Translations under genes and position numbers: made by a program
Notes under the pieces: generated by a model
Told to the model about the DNA's origin: nothing
Seen by the model: only the letters and a program-made list of their open reading frames with translations
Databases searched by the model: none
In this document: in pieces, positions 19,592-29,907 of the stretch
How the letters are laid out: every line of letters starts with the position of its first letter
Position numbering within the stretch: the first letter of the stretch is position 1
Assembly (NCBI GenBank): GCA_029564175.1
Contig: JAKQQL010000241.1
Span: forward strand, 1 to 54,884
Length of the DNA stretch: 54,884 bases
Reading direction: 5' to 3'
Source: Candidatus Cloacimonadota bacterium
GTDB lineage: Bacteria; Cloacimonadota; Cloacimonadia; Cloacimonadales; WRIO01

Positions 19592-22500
19592 TTAGAATTG
19601 GATTTCGACCCATATATCCAGTTTAAATGTAGATATACTTTCTTTTTTACGATTATCATGACTCACATCGTAAGTACCTGTTAAGCCACCTTTTACATTT
19701 TGATGAAAATTATAGCTGGCACGAGGAATGACAGATAATTTTGAAGTATCTCTATCTGTCTGTTTACTGTCTTTACCTTCAGTTGTAGATATCTCATTTT
19801 CATAATTGATACTTAATTCAGATTCCATCTGATTCTTAAATATGATTCTTGAGCTGACAAATGGGATTTTAAAACCATTTTGAGCACTAAAAGCATATTT
19901 AAAATTACTGGTAATACTATTTTTTTGACTCCTTCTTACAACATCATATGTACTTTGATGTGTTATATTCTCTGTAGTGTTGATATTGTAAGCAACCGTA
20001 CTAGACACATTGTTTGCCCAATTACCAGTAAATCCAAGTAAAGGTTGAAGTGAAGTTGTATAAACTTCTGTATTGGGTTTTTCCCAGTTTATATCACCTG
20101 ATAGTTTTTCAGTATAGATAAAGCCTGAATTAAGTCTGGAGCTTGACAGATATTTTGAAGCACCAATGAGTGTTTCAAATCCTGATAATGTTAAGCGGAT
20201 ATCAGGCCAGGTAGTGGTAATCATTTGATTACTTGAGGCTGCATATCTCTTTGTAATATTAGTAGAATATCTGAAATCAGAAGTTAGATTTCTAAATAAA
20301 GGGAACCCTGAAGAAGCGGTATAGGTATCATCGTAGTTTCTCTGTTTGAGATCACTATAAGGAACGATATGAGGCAGACCCAGCTGATAATTGAATTCTG
20401 GTCTTGAAAGCCGTTGTTCGTACAATGTACCATAAACATTTTCATAAGTAAAATTGATATTTTGGAGACGAGCCAGAAGACCAATTCCATCAGCAATCAA
20501 ATCTAAAGGTGATTTAGCAGACGGGGAGGATTTTTCTTCTGTTTTCTTTTCATCTTTATTCGCTTCCTCGTCTTGTTTACCTTCTTCATCCTTTTTATCA
20601 ATCCCGTCATCCTGCATTTTTTTTAATTCTTCTTCAATCTTACGTTTTGTTTCTTCATCTTCTTCTGTTTTAGGATTAAAGTCTGGTTTATAATCACCAA
20701 ATGGATTATCCATTTTAGGGTCTTTATCGTCCCCGTCTTTCGGTTCATTACCTGGTAATTCTTCAAAACCTCCACCACTTTCACGGGTATTTGCTTCATA
20801 ATGTTTGTTTGGGTCAGTAGCCAGCAAATTAGCCAAAGAAGAAAGCAAATTACTGTTTTTCAATACAGTTTGCGCTTTAAAGCCCCTATTGACGTTACCA
20901 TCATATTTATAAATAGTTTCCTGGACATTATCAGCGTTGTTTTGTTTATATGCTTTGCGATATTCTTTGTATTGTATTTGATTCGTAAAAGACATTTCTA
21001 AAAAGGACTGTGTATAAGTGGGGTTGTAATTTGTCTGAAAATCCTGAGTCCGTTCGGTTTCTTGTCCAATGTTATAATCATAAAGCATACTTCTTTGCAA
21101 TAAATCACGCTTTGTAACCAGTTTCCAGTTTACACTAAAATCACTCAATAAATCATATTTAATCTCATTTTGAGTCTCTAGTTGTCTTACATCAACGGTT
21201 TGAGGTCTGACTTTCCAGCCACTGGAATCTGCTGTTTTATAAAAATCCCATCGTTCAGGCTGTTCACCTCGGATAACCAGATCATTGTTGAAATATTTAG
21301 GAAAATAATATATCTGATAATTTCTAAAAAGCGTTAAAGCCAGCTTATCTTTAGGAATATCCAGTTTATAATTTCCAGAATAACGCCATGTAATCACAGA
21401 ATCTGCACGGGTAGAGCTCAATGTATTTGTTTGTTTAAGCGTACCGGAGAGACTCATATTTTTAACTGTATAGGCAAGAATTTTACTTGCAGGTGTTTTT
21501 GTGAGATTAAAGCTTAAATCTACAGATTCCGTTTCAGTAATATTCTTCTCTCTTTTTTTATCTTCTTCACTCATGTTTGACCGGAGAATATCTGAGTTTG
21601 CCTTATATTTTGGAATTCCGATACTATTCGTTTTAGCAAGATTCAAAGGGATATTCATCCCCCATTTAACGGGGAAGAATTTATCCAGAGAATAACGGTT
21701 AGTAAAATTGATAGAAGTTTTATCTTCCAGTGTTGTACCAGTTGCAGATGTACGCGAGGTAGAACTGTAAAAATCAGAGGTTTTCCATTCATAATCCAGT
21801 TTTAAATTCATAAAGTCAGCAAACTTTGTATCAACTGTCGCTCTGGCAGCAAAACCGATATCCTGATTAGGGTCAACAACTCTGATTTCATTGAAATAAA
21901 CGGTTCCATTGTACAGATTTTCACCCTGTGGGACATGAATACCAACAGCCAGTTCTTTAATATTACTCAAAGTAGGTTGTTTTACTTTTCGGTAAATGAT
22001 GTCCTGATATACATAAAGCGTATCATTCAATTCATTGAGCGTTTTAAGGTAAGTAAGGTCTTTGAAAGTAAACTCAATATTTGACCAGAGACTCTCCTGC
22101 ATTTTAGAATTCCAGTCATTGACTTTAATTTTTTTACTCACTTCATAATAGTTTAAACTATCGGGTCCTAAACGGAAAATAATGGTCAATGAATCACTAG
22201 AAAAACTGTTTTCCAATAATTTTTCAGGATAAACCCAGTATTTTATTTTATTATATGTGAGCAGATTATAGCTATCTTTAAATTTTTGTCTTGCCAGTAC
22301 AATATGACCTGGCTGAATATTGTTGAATTGTATTTTTAAAGCCTGTTCAAAAGAAATCTCTCCATCTGTTCCTTTTTCAGTTGTCTGAGGCGGTGCAATA
22401 TAATGGTTATTTTTTTGATTATCAACCGTTTCAACAGAAAAAAACTCATTATTTTGATTTATTTGTGTAGCAGGAACAATATCTTCAGTTAAGGCAAGAT

Positions 22501-25500
22501 TATCTCTATTCCTAATTGCTTTTTTTGACCATTTGTTTCCGACAATATCAAGACTGACAAAATTCAATTTTAGCATATTTTCAGTTTCTACCCATACTCT
22601 GACATAACTCACTTTTTTTAAATCTGGTTCGCTTGTGGCATTAGATAACTTGATGCTATTTGGATTATTTTTAAGGGGAATACGATATAAATACCAGCCA
22701 TTGTATTGACTCTGATAAAAAGAGTTCGTTGTATCTCTTAGTGTTACTGTATAACGGAACAATTTTTCAAGATTATCAAGACTACCATTACCATTCATAT
22801 CTTCAGTATCCAGTCGTCCGTTTCCTTCAGTTCCATTAATACCAGGATATTCATGACTTACTTCGTTTGCACTAAACATATCTTCCGGATCTGATCCAGG
22901 GTTAATCTGGCCGTTACTGTTCTTACGTGGAATACCATCTAAACCAATATCCTCCATATACTCCAGCTGACCGTTTGAATCACCCCCATTTTTACCATCT
23001 TCAGTATTCAGGACTCCTTTGCCTCCGAAATCCACGTAAAAGTCTTCTGAAACATCCCCAATATCAAAATGTAATTTTGCCGGTGTATCATAAGTAGCCA
23101 GAGAATCTACTTTTACCAGTACTTCAATGTATTGTTTTTCTGAAAAATCTATCTGATTTCCGACATACTTCATCAAACCACCCCAGAAAGGGTTATTGAT
23201 TCCAGGACTACTGATTTCAGGCGGAAACACTTTCATCGCCAATACACTTACTTTTTCATTTTTTTCTTTTGCAGAAAGGGTATTAGGATTATAAACATCT
23301 TTAGCATAAACATTGTTTGGATTAAACCAATTGATACTCCCTTTTTGCATATTAGACAAATAGGGTTCACTTGCTGGATTCCAGGTTACACGACCGGTAC
23401 CCAGAGGATAGGAATCTAATACCGATTCCATATCGTCCAGCCATGCTTCATAACGATGAGAAGAGGACGAGCTGTTGTATATTTTGGGAATATTCATGGC
23501 AATTTCACCAGAAAGAGATAAAGAAGAAGGACTGTCTGTTCTGATTAAAGGTAGAAAATCTACTGCTTTTGTCATAAATTCAGGCTGAAACTTCAATTCT
23601 CCATCAATATCTGCCAACATCAGGCTTCGACTTTCGTTACCAATTTTTGGACGCTTATCAGAGACTTTCTCTGAATGATAGATTATCGTACCGCCAAGTT
23701 TGGCATTTTCACTTATTCCCCAGTCAGCTCTTAAACCCATTAATGTCTTTGATTCTACGGCAAACAATGGCTTATTTTCATAATCAATCGAGATTTTAGC
23801 ATCTGGATTTTTACCCTCAGCGGTTAAAAAAGTAACCAGGCCAAAATCATAATCTACGATATAATCAACGTTCTCCTTTAACTCCTTACCATCAACTTTC
23901 ACTTTCACAGAACCAGGGAATATCATCATTCCTAAATTGATGGATTCACGACCAACCTTACCTTTAACAAAAATATAATGTTTGTAATAATCATCATTAT
24001 AAATTTGTTCTGGTTCTTCTTCATAAATGTAATAATCGTTCAATGCCCGGAAAGGTTCTATAAAGGGAAACACGATTAAACCTGTTGATAAATTAACCGT
24101 TTGATCTTCTCCATTAACAACTCCGTTCCCGTCACTATCAAGTCGTAAAAATTCATTATAAGTATTGTAACCAACATGTGAGATAGAGTCTGGAACAGTC
24201 AGAATTCTTTCTTTACTGGCAGATTCAGTATAGACTTCCAGTAAGAAGCCATCATTTTTAATACTGTTGTTATTGAGTGAATAAATATTTCTGCTCTGGT
24301 ATTTCCAGGTAAAATCATCTTTATCCTGGTTTCTGATCTTCAGTGGTTTTAATTGAATTACACTCGATGAGGTATTACCTATAATGACATTATTTTTTTG
24401 AGTATAGGCAACAGCAATGGTATATCTTTTATCAATTGTTCTCAGCATGGTTAATATACCGGTATCATAATCAAAAGTATAATCGGTACCTTCGAGTAAT
24501 TGTTCAAAATAATTAGTTTCAGAAATCAGCTGTCCCTGTTCATTGAATAAATGTCCTTCGATCGCTATGTTTTCATTGTTACTGGCATTATCATCATCTA
24601 AAAATACTTTAAGCGTATTTTCTTTTGGTAAGAGCAGCGGTGATGCAATATACCATGCGCCATTGTCTGTTTTAATCGCATTGTTTACCCAACCAGGCGG
24701 GCAATCATCCGCTTCTGTGTACATGGCATATATTGTTCTTGGATCACTAATATAATAATGAGTTCTTGGTGTATAATTTTTTATTTGTATAATGGTAGAA
24801 TCAGATTGAGAAGTTCCTTCATAAGATTTCGAATTCTTCTGAGACTCTTCCTTACTGGCAACTGCAGTGATATTTAAACTACCTATTTTTAATAGTGTTT
24901 TTAAACCAAACAGTCCTTGTGAAGAAGCGGACAGAGAAATATAGCGGGAGCCTGTTAAAGATAATGAGGTATTACCTGCATCAATCCGTTGCACAATCTC
25001 ATCTTCTTCTCCTTCATAAGCAATTTTAATATTATTGGGATCCAGAATATCCGTTTCCTGATTGGAGTTATACTTGATATCCACTTTGATTTTTTCACCA
25101 ATTGAACCATTAAGTGTCAGATTTAAATCCTGTTGCATTGAAATATCAAAATTTTGATTAGAACTGCCTTCGGTTACCGCTTTGGTATTTTTCTTTGTTT
25201 GTGATGCGCTGATTGTCAGTTTCTGATTACCACTCAGATTAAGCCGTCCGGCTTTATTACCCATAATTTTTCTAACACCTCTTGGCATAGCCATAGGAGG
25301 GAGTTTGATCACAATTTCAGGAATCAGCCCTTTACTTTTAACCCGACTTTCAGGGTTAAACATCTGTTTTTTAGTCTTATCAAATTCATTGACAAATATG
25401 GCTTCAAACGAATTATTCAGATAATCATCCCAGGAAATATAAAAGGGTCCGGCTAACACAATATTACCTGATTTAACAAGCATTTCAACCATTTCATTGA

Positions 25501-25717
25501 TATGGTCAATTTGATATTCTATTGTCTGATTGTATGCGCCCAAATTGTATTTTCCCATCTGATTAACGGATAAGCCCTTTTTAGCAGAATATACTTTTGG
25601 GTTATTCTGACTAAGCGGAACATAATCGGGTAAATAATACTGAAGATCATAGTACTTTGCAAACAAAAAACTGACACTTACGAACAATACGAACAAAAAA
25701 TACAGCTTTAATTTCAT
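19592..25717 (-). CDS. sprA: SprA-like outer-membrane translocon of the type IX secretion system
   Basis: 2041 aa; signal peptide; YEGEEDEIVQRIDAGN, GLFG, DYIVDYDFG, GDVSED, DTEDMNGNG; C-terminal Phe. Confidence 0.88.
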   Translation of the reverse strand: MKLKLYFLFVLFVSVSFLFAKYYDLQYYLPDYVPLSQNNPKVYSAKKGLSVNQMGKYNLGAYNQTIEYQIDHINEMVEMLVKSGNIVLAGPFYISWDDYLNNSFEAIFVNEFDKTKKQMFNPESRVKSKGLIPEIVIKLPPMAMPRGVRKIMGNKAGRLNLSGNQKLTISASQTKKNTKAVTEGSSNQNFDISMQQDLNLTLNGSIGEKIKVDIKYNSNQETDILDPNNIKIAYEGEEDEIVQRIDAGNTSLSLTGSRYISLSASSQGLFGLKTLLKIGSLNITAVASKEESQKNSKSYEGTSQSDSTIIQIKNYTPRTHYYISDPRTIYAMYTEADDCPPGWVNNAIKTDNGAWYIASPLLLPKENTLKVFLDDDNASNNENIAIEGHLFNEQGQLISETNYFEQLLEGTDYTFDYDTGILTMLRTIDKRYTIAVAYTQKNNVIIGNTSSSVIQLKPLKIRNQDKDDFTWKYQSRNIYSLNNNSIKNDGFLLEVYTESASKERILTVPDSISHVGYNTYNEFLRLDSDGNGVVNGEDQTVNLSTGLIVFPFIEPFRALNDYYIYEEEPEQIYNDDYYKHYIFVKGKVGRESINLGMMIFPGSVKVKVDGKELKENVDYIVDYDFGLVTFLTAEGKNPDAKISIDYENKPLFAVESKTLMGLRADWGISENAKLGGTIIYHSEKVSDKRPKIGNESRSLMLADIDGELKFQPEFMTKAVDFLPLIRTDSPSSLSLSGEIAMNIPKIYNSSSSSHRYEAWLDDMESVLDSYPLGTGRVTWNPASEPYLSNMQKGSINWFNPNNVYAKDVYNPNTLSAKEKNEKVSVLAMKVFPPEISSPGINNPFWGGLMKYVGNQIDFSEKQYIEVLVKVDSLATYDTPAKLHFDIGDVSEDFYVDFGGKGVLNTEDGKNGGDSNGQLEYMEDIGLDGIPRKNSNGQINPGSDPEDMFSANEVSHEYPGINGTEGNGRLDTEDMNGNGSLDNLEKLFRYTVTLRDTTNSFYQSQYNGWYLYRIPLKNNPNSIKLSNATSEPDLKKVSYVRVWVETENMLKLNFVSLDIVGNKWSKKAIRNRDNLALTEDIVPATQINQNNEFFSVETVDNQKNNHYIAPPQTTEKGTDGEISFEQALKIQFNNIQPGHIVLARQKFKDSYNLLTYNKIKYWVYPEKLLENSFSSDSLTIIFRLGPDSLNYYEVSKKIKVNDWNSKMQESLWSNIEFTFKDLTYLKTLNELNDTLYVYQDIIYRKVKQPTLSNIKELAVGIHVPQGENLYNGTVYFNEIRVVDPNQDIGFAARATVDTKFADFMNLKLDYEWKTSDFYSSTSRTSATGTTLEDKTSINFTNRYSLDKFFPVKWGMNIPLNLAKTNSIGIPKYKANSDILRSNMSEEDKKREKNITETESVDLSFNLTKTPASKILAYTVKNMSLSGTLKQTNTLSSTRADSVITWRYSGNYKLDIPKDKLALTLFRNYQIYYFPKYFNNDLVIRGEQPERWDFYKTADSSGWKVRPQTVDVRQLETQNEIKYDLLSDFSVNWKLVTKRDLLQRSMLYDYNIGQETERTQDFQTNYNPTYTQSFLEMSFTNQIQYKEYRKAYKQNNADNVQETIYKYDGNVNRGFKAQTVLKNSNLLSSLANLLATDPNKHYEANTRESGGGFEELPGNEPKDGDDKDPKMDNPFGDYKPDFNPKTEEDEETKRKIEEELKKMQDDGIDKKDEEGKQDEEANKDEKKTEEKSSPSAKSPLDLIADGIGLLARLQNINFTYENVYGTLYEQRLSRPEFNYQLGLPHIVPYSDLKQRNYDDTYTASSGFPLFRNLTSDFRYSTNITKRYAASSNQMITTTWPDIRLTLSGFETLIGASKYLSSSRLNSGFIYTEKLSGDINWEKPNTEVYTTSLQPLLGFTGNWANNVSSTVAYNINTTENITHQSTYDVVRRSQKNSITSNFKYAFSAQNGFKIPFVSSRIIFKNQMESELSINYENEISTTEGKDSKQTDRDTSKLSVIPRASYNFHQNVKGGLTGTYDVSHDNRKKESISTFKLDIWVEIQF

Positions 25718-25732
25718 TAATTTATAAATCCT

Positions 25733-26512
25733 TTAATTTATATCATTTACAGCAATCAGATACAAACCATCCAGGGTCAGCGTTTTATCTATTACATCCA
25801 CATTTTGAGTATGTTCACATACTAATGCTGAAATTCCACCTGTTGCAATCGTTTTGATATTTTCAATTTGAAAATACGTTGCTTTTATCTCAGTGATAAA
25901 TCTATCCAGTAAAAAAGCATGACCATATACAATTCCGGAAAGTAAGGCTTCTTTCGTAGTAGTACCCAATATCTTTGTCGGTTTTTCTAACTGTATATCT
26001 GATAATAGCGCAGCCTTTTCAAATAAATTGACGGCACCGGTAACCAGACCAGGCAAAATAGATGTTCCCCAAAAATGACCTTCCTGACTCACTAACTGGA
26101 TAGTAGTTGCAGTTCCCATGTCACAAATGATGCAGTTTGTCTGATATTTTTTCCATGCAGAGTATGCGTTTACAATTAAATCTGCGCCAATAAATCCCGG
26201 ATCATTTACGGAATATGTCAGTCCTAATTGAGAATATCCATTTACGATAATATATCCGCATTTAAAATAGCGTTGAAACATATGTTCAAAGCATCTGGTT
26301 AGAGAAGGAACTACTGAAGAAAGGACAATTTTATCCATACAATTGATATTAACCCCTTGATTTTCACAAATTGAATTCACCAGTACAAAATATTCATCTG
26401 CTGTTTTTTTTAAATCTGAACTCAGTCGCAAGGTACATTTTAAGAGGCCGTCTTCATATACTCCACCGACTATATTTGTATTTCCTATGTCAAAAACCAA
26501 AATGTATTTCAT
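25733..26512 (-). CDS. coaX: Type III pantothenate kinase
   Basis: FDIGNTN, SSVVP, IGAD, DMGTATT, ATGG, LTLDGL. Confidence 0.93.
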   Translation of the reverse strand: MKYILVFDIGNTNIVGGVYEDGLLKCTLRLSSDLKKTADEYFVLVNSICENQGVNINCMDKIVLSSVVPSLTRCFEHMFQRYFKCGYIIVNGYSQLGLTYSVNDPGFIGADLIVNAYSAWKKYQTNCIICDMGTATTIQLVSQEGHFWGTSILPGLVTGAVNLFEKAALLSDIQLEKPTKILGTTTKEALLSGIVYGHAFLLDRFITEIKATYFQIENIKTIATGGISALVCEHTQNVDVIDKTLTLDGLYLIAVNDIN

Positions 26513-26818
26513 TTTATTCCTTTTATTTAAACTCATTAATCATAACTTGAATCATCCATATTTATTACAAAATGGATTGAAATGCGATAATTTCATCTAT
26601 TAAATTAAAGTCAAGTATTTTTTCATAAACGATATGCAAGGATCATATAAAAAGGCTAAAATTTATAAAATAAATGAGAATCCTGTCATCATACAAATCA
26701 ATGTATTCTAAATAATCATAAAAATTGGCACGTTTCATTAGCTATACATCAATATCCTGAAGTTATCGTATCATCGTTTTTTAAAGTTCATACCCAGATG
26801 TCAGAATAAAACAACTGT

Positions 26819-28057
26819 TTAATTTTCCTTTATTTTAGGGTTACAGATGATAACTGGTTTCTGTTTCAATTCACCAAACAAGTCATTTTCAGCAATTCCA
26901 ATCAGTTTTTGATTCATGATTTCCAGATAATTACCGGTAAGTGTCAATTGTGGCGATTTACCAATAATTTTACCATCTTTCAGATAAAAACCTAATTGAA
27001 CAGGAAATGAGAAGTTTCCGTTAGACAGAAAATCGCCTCCTGAACTCATATAGGGGATTAACAGTGTTTTTTCATAGGAATATTCAAGCAGCGATTTCAT
27101 TGTTACTTCAGGAATAAATGGAGACATTCCAATATAAGGATGTGTTTCAAAAGATCGGAATCCATTGCCAGTCGTTTTAGTATCATATTTTTTTGCTCTC
27201 TTTTTATCATAGACAATATGAGTCAGCACACCATTTTTTACGATTGAAACGTTGGCATTTCTAATGATACCCTCATGATCAAATGGAACAAATATAGTTA
27301 AATCACAATCATCTGACACTTCATTAATACAGATATCTTCTCTCATGATTTGAGTATTTAAACGACCGGCTAACAAAGAATTGCCCTGATGGTAAAATTC
27401 ACCATTAACATCACTTCCCATTTTCCTGAGTGGTTCACATCCTAAAAAAGCTACTTCAACATCATTTAAGTTTACATTTATCTCTTTTTGTAATAAGGCA
27501 TTCAGTATGATATCAATATAAGGGATATATTTTGGCAATGGCATTTTAAAGAAAGAACTAAATCCAAAATAACCATCAATAATACCTGAGTTTCCTATCT
27601 GTTTGATATTAAACCAGTTAGAATATTCTGAACGGTCTGAGTGTAAAAGCATATATTCACTGTTTTGAATCGTACGTTTTACTCTTTCTCCTGTTAAAGC
27701 ACCATTAAAAACGAAATACTTATGGTATGGTTTAAGAAAATCTTGTAGTTGTTTAGCATAGTCATTTAGAAATTCTTCATTTAACAACTCATGATCTCCC
27801 TGATTTCTTTCATAATGCACATCTGTCTCAATATCATAATCATAGGTAAATCCTAATTTGGCATTTTCGATTGCTTTAAGCTTTAACTCTTTTTCATCTG
27901 CATATCCTAGTGCCGAAGCAATTCCTAAACGTTTATCATTGAGAAATACCCGAATACTCTGTTTTATATAATCCTGGGTTTTTATTGATTTAATTTCATT
28001 GGCAACAAACTGAATATGGTATTCGCTGTGTTTTTCTAAAAATTTCTCAGTAATCAT
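26819..28057 (-). CDS. Divergent PmbA/TldE-like protein
   Basis: PFDHEG, TTGNGFR, SGGDF..GNFSFP; directly downstream of a TldD gene; GGAGG RBS. Confidence 0.82.
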   Translation of the reverse strand: MITEKFLEKHSEYHIQFVANEIKSIKTQDYIKQSIRVFLNDKRLGIASALGYADEKELKLKAIENAKLGFTYDYDIETDVHYERNQGDHELLNEEFLNDYAKQLQDFLKPYHKYFVFNGALTGERVKRTIQNSEYMLLHSDRSEYSNWFNIKQIGNSGIIDGYFGFSSFFKMPLPKYIPYIDIILNALLQKEINVNLNDVEVAFLGCEPLRKMGSDVNGEFYHQGNSLLAGRLNTQIMREDICINEVSDDCDLTIFVPFDHEGIIRNANVSIVKNGVLTHIVYDKKRAKKYDTKTTGNGFRSFETHPYIGMSPFIPEVTMKSLLEYSYEKTLLIPYMSSGGDFLSNGNFSFPVQLGFYLKDGKIIGKSPQLTLTGNYLEIMNQKLIGIAENDLFGELKQKPVIICNPKIKEN

Positions 28058-28094
28058 TTATCCTCCAAATGACTTGTAAAAGGGTAATAATTCA

Positions 28095-29447
28095 TCAAGA
28101 CACCATCATTTCTTTAACGCTTACTTTTGGTCCGCCATGTGAAACAGGTAAAGGACTCTGTTCATTTTTCCCGCATCCACCTAAGGTTGCAGAAGACATG
28201 ACAACCTCATTGCTAAGTCCGTCAATATCATTTAGTGTTTGAAAAACTGTTCCGGTAATCATGTTTATTTTTACAGGCTCGGTAATCTTTCCATTTTCAA
28301 TTCTCCATGCCCGATTAACTGCCAGTGTAAAAGTTGATAAACCACTACCATGATTGATAGAATCTATATAAAACCCATTATTTGTTTTTTCTATGAGGGA
28401 TTCAAATGTATCAGTTCCGGCTTCAATGTATGTATTCGTCATACGAACAATTGGTTCATAAAAGAAATTAACCGCTCTGGCATTACCGGTAACCGCTTCA
28501 TTGAGAATTTGTGCGGTATCTTCAGAATGCAGTCTGCCTCTTAAAATTCCATTTTTGATCAGATAGTTTTTTTGAGCTGGATTGCCATCATCATCAAATG
28601 GTGTAAATCCTCTACACTCAGGCATATCACCCCAATCAACAATACTAAGAATATCACTGCCTACTTTTTTACCGATTTCCCATTCTTTTTTCATAGAATC
28701 ATCACCCAGCATAAAGTCTGCCTCACTCTTATGTCCAAAACTTTCATGAGCAAAAATACCGGCAGCTTCTTCACTTAAGATAACGGGATATTTTCCCGGT
28801 TCTATTGTCGGTGCATTGATAAATCGTTTTGCTTCTTCAATATCATTTTTTAATCGTATATCAAATCCGGTAAAATCATCAAAATATTGGGCTGATTGAT
28901 CAAACCGGGTTGAAAAAATATGATCGCCTTCTTTTAACGAATAGGATGCAACAAGACTGGCAAGACTTCTGTCAAATACATGTTGATCTCCTTTACTGTT
29001 GATATAGTACTTTTTGATATATTCATCACGGTAAATCATGTAATGATTAATGATCAGTTTTTCTCCTTCTAAAATAGGGAGAATTTTCTCAACCAGTTGC
29101 TTTTTTGAAAGAATGGGTTGGAATACCATTAAATTATCTTGATTGATCAGGCGTTCCTTACAGTTATAATTCATTATTTTTTCTTTATATTGTAATGGTT
29201 CTAATCCTTTTTTCTTCAACATGGTTTGAATTGTCTGATCAATTTGACTCAGATCAGTCAGACTTGAATAATACCATTTATCAGCCAGTCTGATTCTGAT
29301 AAAAGCACCAAGTTTCGTTATTTCATGGGCATCTTCCAGCTCACTATTGTTATACATTATATTCGCATTACGTATTTCTTCTATTCGGATGTCAATAAAA
29401 TCGCAATTGTACTTAGCAATTGGAATATTCTTAAAAATCTCAAACAT
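28095..29447 (-). CDS. tldD: Second TldD-family metalloprotease
   Basis: HESFGHKSEAD, PFDDDG, TGNARA, RMTNTYI, GGCGK..Q.PLPVSHGGP. Confidence 0.88.
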   Translation of the reverse strand: MFEIFKNIPIAKYNCDFIDIRIEEIRNANIMYNNSELEDAHEITKLGAFIRIRLADKWYYSSLTDLSQIDQTIQTMLKKKGLEPLQYKEKIMNYNCKERLINQDNLMVFQPILSKKQLVEKILPILEGEKLIINHYMIYRDEYIKKYYINSKGDQHVFDRSLASLVASYSLKEGDHIFSTRFDQSAQYFDDFTGFDIRLKNDIEEAKRFINAPTIEPGKYPVILSEEAAGIFAHESFGHKSEADFMLGDDSMKKEWEIGKKVGSDILSIVDWGDMPECRGFTPFDDDGNPAQKNYLIKNGILRGRLHSEDTAQILNEAVTGNARAVNFFYEPIVRMTNTYIEAGTDTFESLIEKTNNGFYIDSINHGSGLSTFTLAVNRAWRIENGKITEPVKINMITGTVFQTLNDIDGLSNEVVMSSATLGGCGKNEQSPLPVSHGGPKVSVKEMMVS

Positions 29448-29484
29448 TTACAACTCCTTTAACTCTGTTTTCAGAGTCAGGACA

Positions 29485-29514
29485 ATTTTATCATTATCTA
29501 GTTTTTTTTGTCAA
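29485..29514 (-). promoter_or_regulatory. Putative sigma70 promoter of the second tldD/pmbA pair
   Basis: Minus strand TTGACA-N18-TAAAAT with extended TG. Confidence 0.5.
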
Positions 29515-29907
29515 TAAAAATCTTACAAATTGATATTTCTTTTTAAAAAAAATCGATTATCACCCGTTTAGAGAAAATATTTGATTATCATATTTGAGTC
29601 TGCTATAAAAACTCTGATCTATGAGATAAAGGTTAACTTTAAAATGAAAAATATGTTTAAAAATCCAGAAAAGTAGTTTAAATCAGTATTTTAAAGCCTT
29701 CCTTTTTCGTGTGTTTAGTGTATTTCGTGGTTCATGCCCTTTTTATAGTGGACTCATATTTTTAAAAAAGATGTTGATTGATAAATTTTTCTTCATAATG
29801 CAAAAAAGCATTGACAAATTGACTTTTTTATAATTTTGTCATCGAAAAAGAATAACTTCAGAATAATGAAAAATGAAATAAACTGAAGAACAGATAAAGG
29901 AGATGTT

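Noticed and set aside
26725..26742. TTGGCACG sigma54-like motif
   Set aside because: GG-to-GC spacing is 12, not 10, and no + strand gene follows.
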